A stretch of DNA of 61,393 bases, the filler included. It is 6 parts of 6 records of this genome, joined end to end, with 100 filler letters (N's around TTAATTAATTAA, not from the genome) between each part and the next. Parts side by side here need not be neighbours in the genome. Positions count along the whole stretch, not along the records: positions 51,976 to 61,393 come from DRR723986_11944; 5 more parts are not named here. One strand, written 5' to 3'. The notes under the pieces were generated by a model. The model saw only the letters and a program-made list of their open reading frames with translations, did no database searches and was not told where the DNA came from. The position numbers and the translations under genes were made by a program. Shown here one piece after another: positions 59,100 to 61,393 of this stretch. Position 1 is the stretch's first letter, and each line of letters begins with the position of its first letter.

Positions 59100-60546
59100 G
59101 GGGATGTCCCGATGAATGTTGAAATCGGGCCTGGGCAGCGTTGCTGTGGTCATGGTTAGGCGGCCTCTGCGGTCTGGTCAACGCCGGTTGCACCCGGCTC
59201 GCAGTGCTTCAGAAGCGCGGCCTTGAGGACGGGCAGCTGCTTATGGGCCTTGAGACGCCGGAAGCCTTTGGCGGCCTCGAGCATGCCAGATGCGGTCCAG
59301 CGCAGGGCCATCTTCGCGTCCCGCCACCGCTTCACGTTCCGGCAGACTTGGCGGATCACCGCGTTCATCGACTCAATGATGTTGGTGCTGGCGAGCGAGC
59401 GGCGCAGTTCGAGTGGCAGCCCGAGACGGATCACGGTGAGGATTTCATCCAGCCCCTCGAGGATGCTCTTCGAGACACCGGGGGCCTCGAGTTCCATCCG
59501 CCGCGCCAGATTGCGCAGAAGCCGTTCGGCCTTGTCGGCATCGTTCAGCTCCCATGCCTGCCGAAGGGCGCGGCGGACAGCGGCGTGAAGCTTGGGATCG
59601 AGCCGATCGGTGATGTTGCGCGCCTTGTGGATCTGGCAGCGCTGGATCGGGATATCCGCCCCAAATGTGCGGCGGATGGCCTTCGTCAGCGCCTTGGCGC
59701 CGTCCACGATGAACAGGCGACACATCGCCGGATCGAGGCCCCGGTCGATCAGATTGTCGAGCAGCGCCTGCACCGTCGCCGCGTTCTCCGTCGCGCCCTC
59801 GACCACGCCCAGTGGGTGCTTGCGGCCATCGGCATCGACCCCGACCGCGCCGAGCATCAGAAGGTTGTCGTCCATGTGAAGCCCATCGATCTGGATCACC
59901 AGGAGATCCAGCGCCGACAGGTCCGAGGCCATCCACTCCTCCAGGCGCGCCTGGGTCAGGGCCTTGAACCGCCGCGAAACCGCCGACTTCGACAGGCCAG
60001 AGCCCGCCTCTGCAGGGATCCCGGCCTCGGGCAGGCGCACCGCACGCCCCACCTTGCGCGTGGCCACGTTCATCAGCATCAGGTTCATCGCCCATTGCTC
60101 CAGCCAGCCCGCCTCTGCAGCCTCCTTCCAGCTGCGCAGCGGCAACTCCTTGCCGGTGGCCTTCGAGCGCACCCGCGGGCGCTCCACCTCCACCTTGCCG
60201 CCGTGAAGGCCAACGGGCCCTCTGGTGCGGCCCCAGCGATATCCCGGCTTGTCAGCCGCGCGCGCATGCGGGGCCCCGGCCAGCGCCGCCGCGTCTTCCT
60301 CCAGCATCTGCGTCAGGCTCGCCAAGCCGGCGATCAGGCAGAAGCGCTCGAAGCTCGCTCCGACCTCGTCGCGCGCCTCCTCAACCGCCGCGGTCAGGTC
60401 GGCCGTGCTGGCCAGCGCGAGCGGGGATGTGATAGGTCTCTTCATGGTGTTTGCTCTCCATTGGATTTGACACCCCGAGCCTACGTCTCAGGGAGAGCAA
60501 CGCCACCCTTCACTCCGAGAAGTTCAACATTGACCGGGACATTCCC
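59100..60546 (-). mobile_element. IS256-family element, apparently intact
   Basis: IRs GGGAATGTCCCGGTCAATGTTGAA and GGGGATGTCCCGATGAATGTTGAA; flanking sequences do not match. Confidence 0.92.
59156..60445 (-). CDS. IS256-family (Mutator-type) transposase
   Basis: ERPRVR, IQIDG, IVDGAKAL, IQRCQIHKARN and STNIIES motifs. Confidence 0.93.
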   Translation of the reverse strand: MKRPITSPLALASTADLTAAVEEARDEVGASFERFCLIAGLASLTQMLEEDAAALAGAPHARAADKPGYRWGRTRGPVGLHGGKVEVERPRVRSKATGKELPLRSWKEAAEAGWLEQWAMNLMLMNVATRKVGRAVRLPEAGIPAEAGSGLSKSAVSRRFKALTQARLEEWMASDLSALDLLVIQIDGLHMDDNLLMLGAVGVDADGRKHPLGVVEGATENAATVQALLDNLIDRGLDPAMCRLFIVDGAKALTKAIRRTFGADIPIQRCQIHKARNITDRLDPKLHAAVRRALRQAWELNDADKAERLLRNLARRMELEAPGVSKSILEGLDEILTVIRLGLPLELRRSLASTNIIESMNAVIRQVCRNVKRWRDAKMALRWTASGMLEAAKGFRRLKAHKQLPVLKAALLKHCEPGATGVDQTAEAA

Positions 60547-60685
60547 CTGATCCGAAAGGCTGCAGCCCGAAACTACCATGAGCTTTGGCAAGCTGTCGGT
60601 CATGTGTGCGACCTCTTCACAGACGAGGAATGCTACAACTTTTTCAAGGCCGCAGGATACAAAACCGATTAAACGCGACACGCTC
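60547..60685 (+). mobile_element. IS630-family 3' remnant with right end
   Basis: LIRKAAARNYHELWQAVGHVCDLFTDEECYNFFKAAGY*, ending ...ACACGCTC at a TA dinucleotide. Confidence 0.82.
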
Positions 60686-60687
60686 TA

Positions 60688-61286
60688 GTGTTCTGAGTCC
60701 GACATTTGCTACCGATTTCCCCTGATTTGGTCGAGCGCATCGAGCGCGCGACGCTCGCGAGTGAGGATGTCCTCGGCGCTTTTGCTCCAGACGAAGGGCT
60801 TCGACTTGGCGTTGTGCTGCAGCAGGTAGTCGTAGATCGCGCCCTCGAGGTCGTCGACGCTGGCGTAGCTTCCGCGGCGGATGCGCTTTGTGGTGATCTC
60901 GGCGAAGAAGCGCTCGACGAGGTTCATCCAGGACGCGCTTGTGGGCGTGAAGTGCAGCTTGAAACGGGGGTGCTTTTCCAGCCAGGCCCGCACCTCGGGC
61001 GTCTTGTGGGTGGCGTAGTTATCGAGAACCAAGTGGATGTCGCGCGGTTTCTTCACGGCCCGGTCGATGCGGCGCAGGAAACGCAGGAACTCCCTGGCGC
61101 GGTGGCGTGGCATGCATTCCCCGATGACCAGGCCCGATTTGACGTCGAGCGCGGCGAAGAGCGTGGTGGTGCCATGGCGCTTGTAGTCATGGGTCATCGT
61201 CGATGCGCGGCCCTTCTTCAGGGGCAACCCGGGCTGGGTCCGGTCGAGCGCCTGGATCTGCGACTTCTCGTCGACACAGAGCACCA
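60688..61286 (-). mobile_element. Second IS630-family element, 3' part (transposase 60709-61286), truncated by IS256
   Basis: [37 protein letters not shown] and [12 protein letters not shown]. Confidence 0.9.
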
Positions 61287-61393
61287 GGGACTATCCTGAA
61301 TTTTGTGCGCTCACGTGATACTTGCTCTGAGATGAGACCCATGTATGAGCATCCACAAAGACCTGCTGGACCGGCTGATGGAAGGGCGGTTGC
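61287..61393 (+). mobile_element. IS256-family left end and transposase start (ATG 61345); runs off the window
   Basis: GGGACTATCCTGAATTTTGTG end; MSIHKDLLDRLMEGR. Confidence 0.7.

Noticed and set aside
59141..60550. 469-aa plus-strand ORF
   Set aside because: Antisense shadow of the IS256 transposase

Overview
The window is not one continuous locus. It is six contigs joined by five 100-nt N spacers, each carrying TTAATTAATTAA, a stop linker in all six frames. Three contigs look like an FCB-group bacterium (Kapabacteria/Ignavibacteria-like; this is an inference). Contig 1 (1-5712) has a GT4 glycosyltransferase, a heavily decayed IS3 fossil missed by the ORF track, and an isolated murF-mraY pair. 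Contig 2 (5813-21129) has an acyltransferase, a lipoprotein phytase, a tricorn S41 protease, an MFS transporter, RapA, a GNAT, a Cys-rich secreted protein paired with a T9SS cargo, and a pentapeptide-repeat protein. Contig 4 (32075-46177) has the S10-spc-alpha ribosomal operon lacking rpsD, followed by engB and purE. The other three contigs look alphaproteobacterial. Contig 3 (21230-31974) has regulators, GNATs, a PAS-only protein, PhzF/LysR, and a GAF kinase-response regulator divergent from a sugar-type ABC transporter. Contig 5 (46278-51875) has the ilvD end, an ArsR-VOC cassette and a homoprotocatechuate meta-cleavage cluster. Contig 6 (51976-61393) is a polysaccharide locus (asparagine-synthetase-like gene, ugd, truncated manC) broken up by nested IS5, IS21, IS3, IS256 and IS630 elements. 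The best novelty candidates are the Cys-rich protein/T9SS cargo pair, the rpsD-less alpha operon, the broken dcw cluster with its IS3 fossil, an intergenic motif shared by contigs 1, 2 and 4, and the IS-flanked asparagine-synthetase-like gene. No rRNA, tRNA or CRISPR array was recognised. All calls come from reading motifs by eye; no database searches were run.
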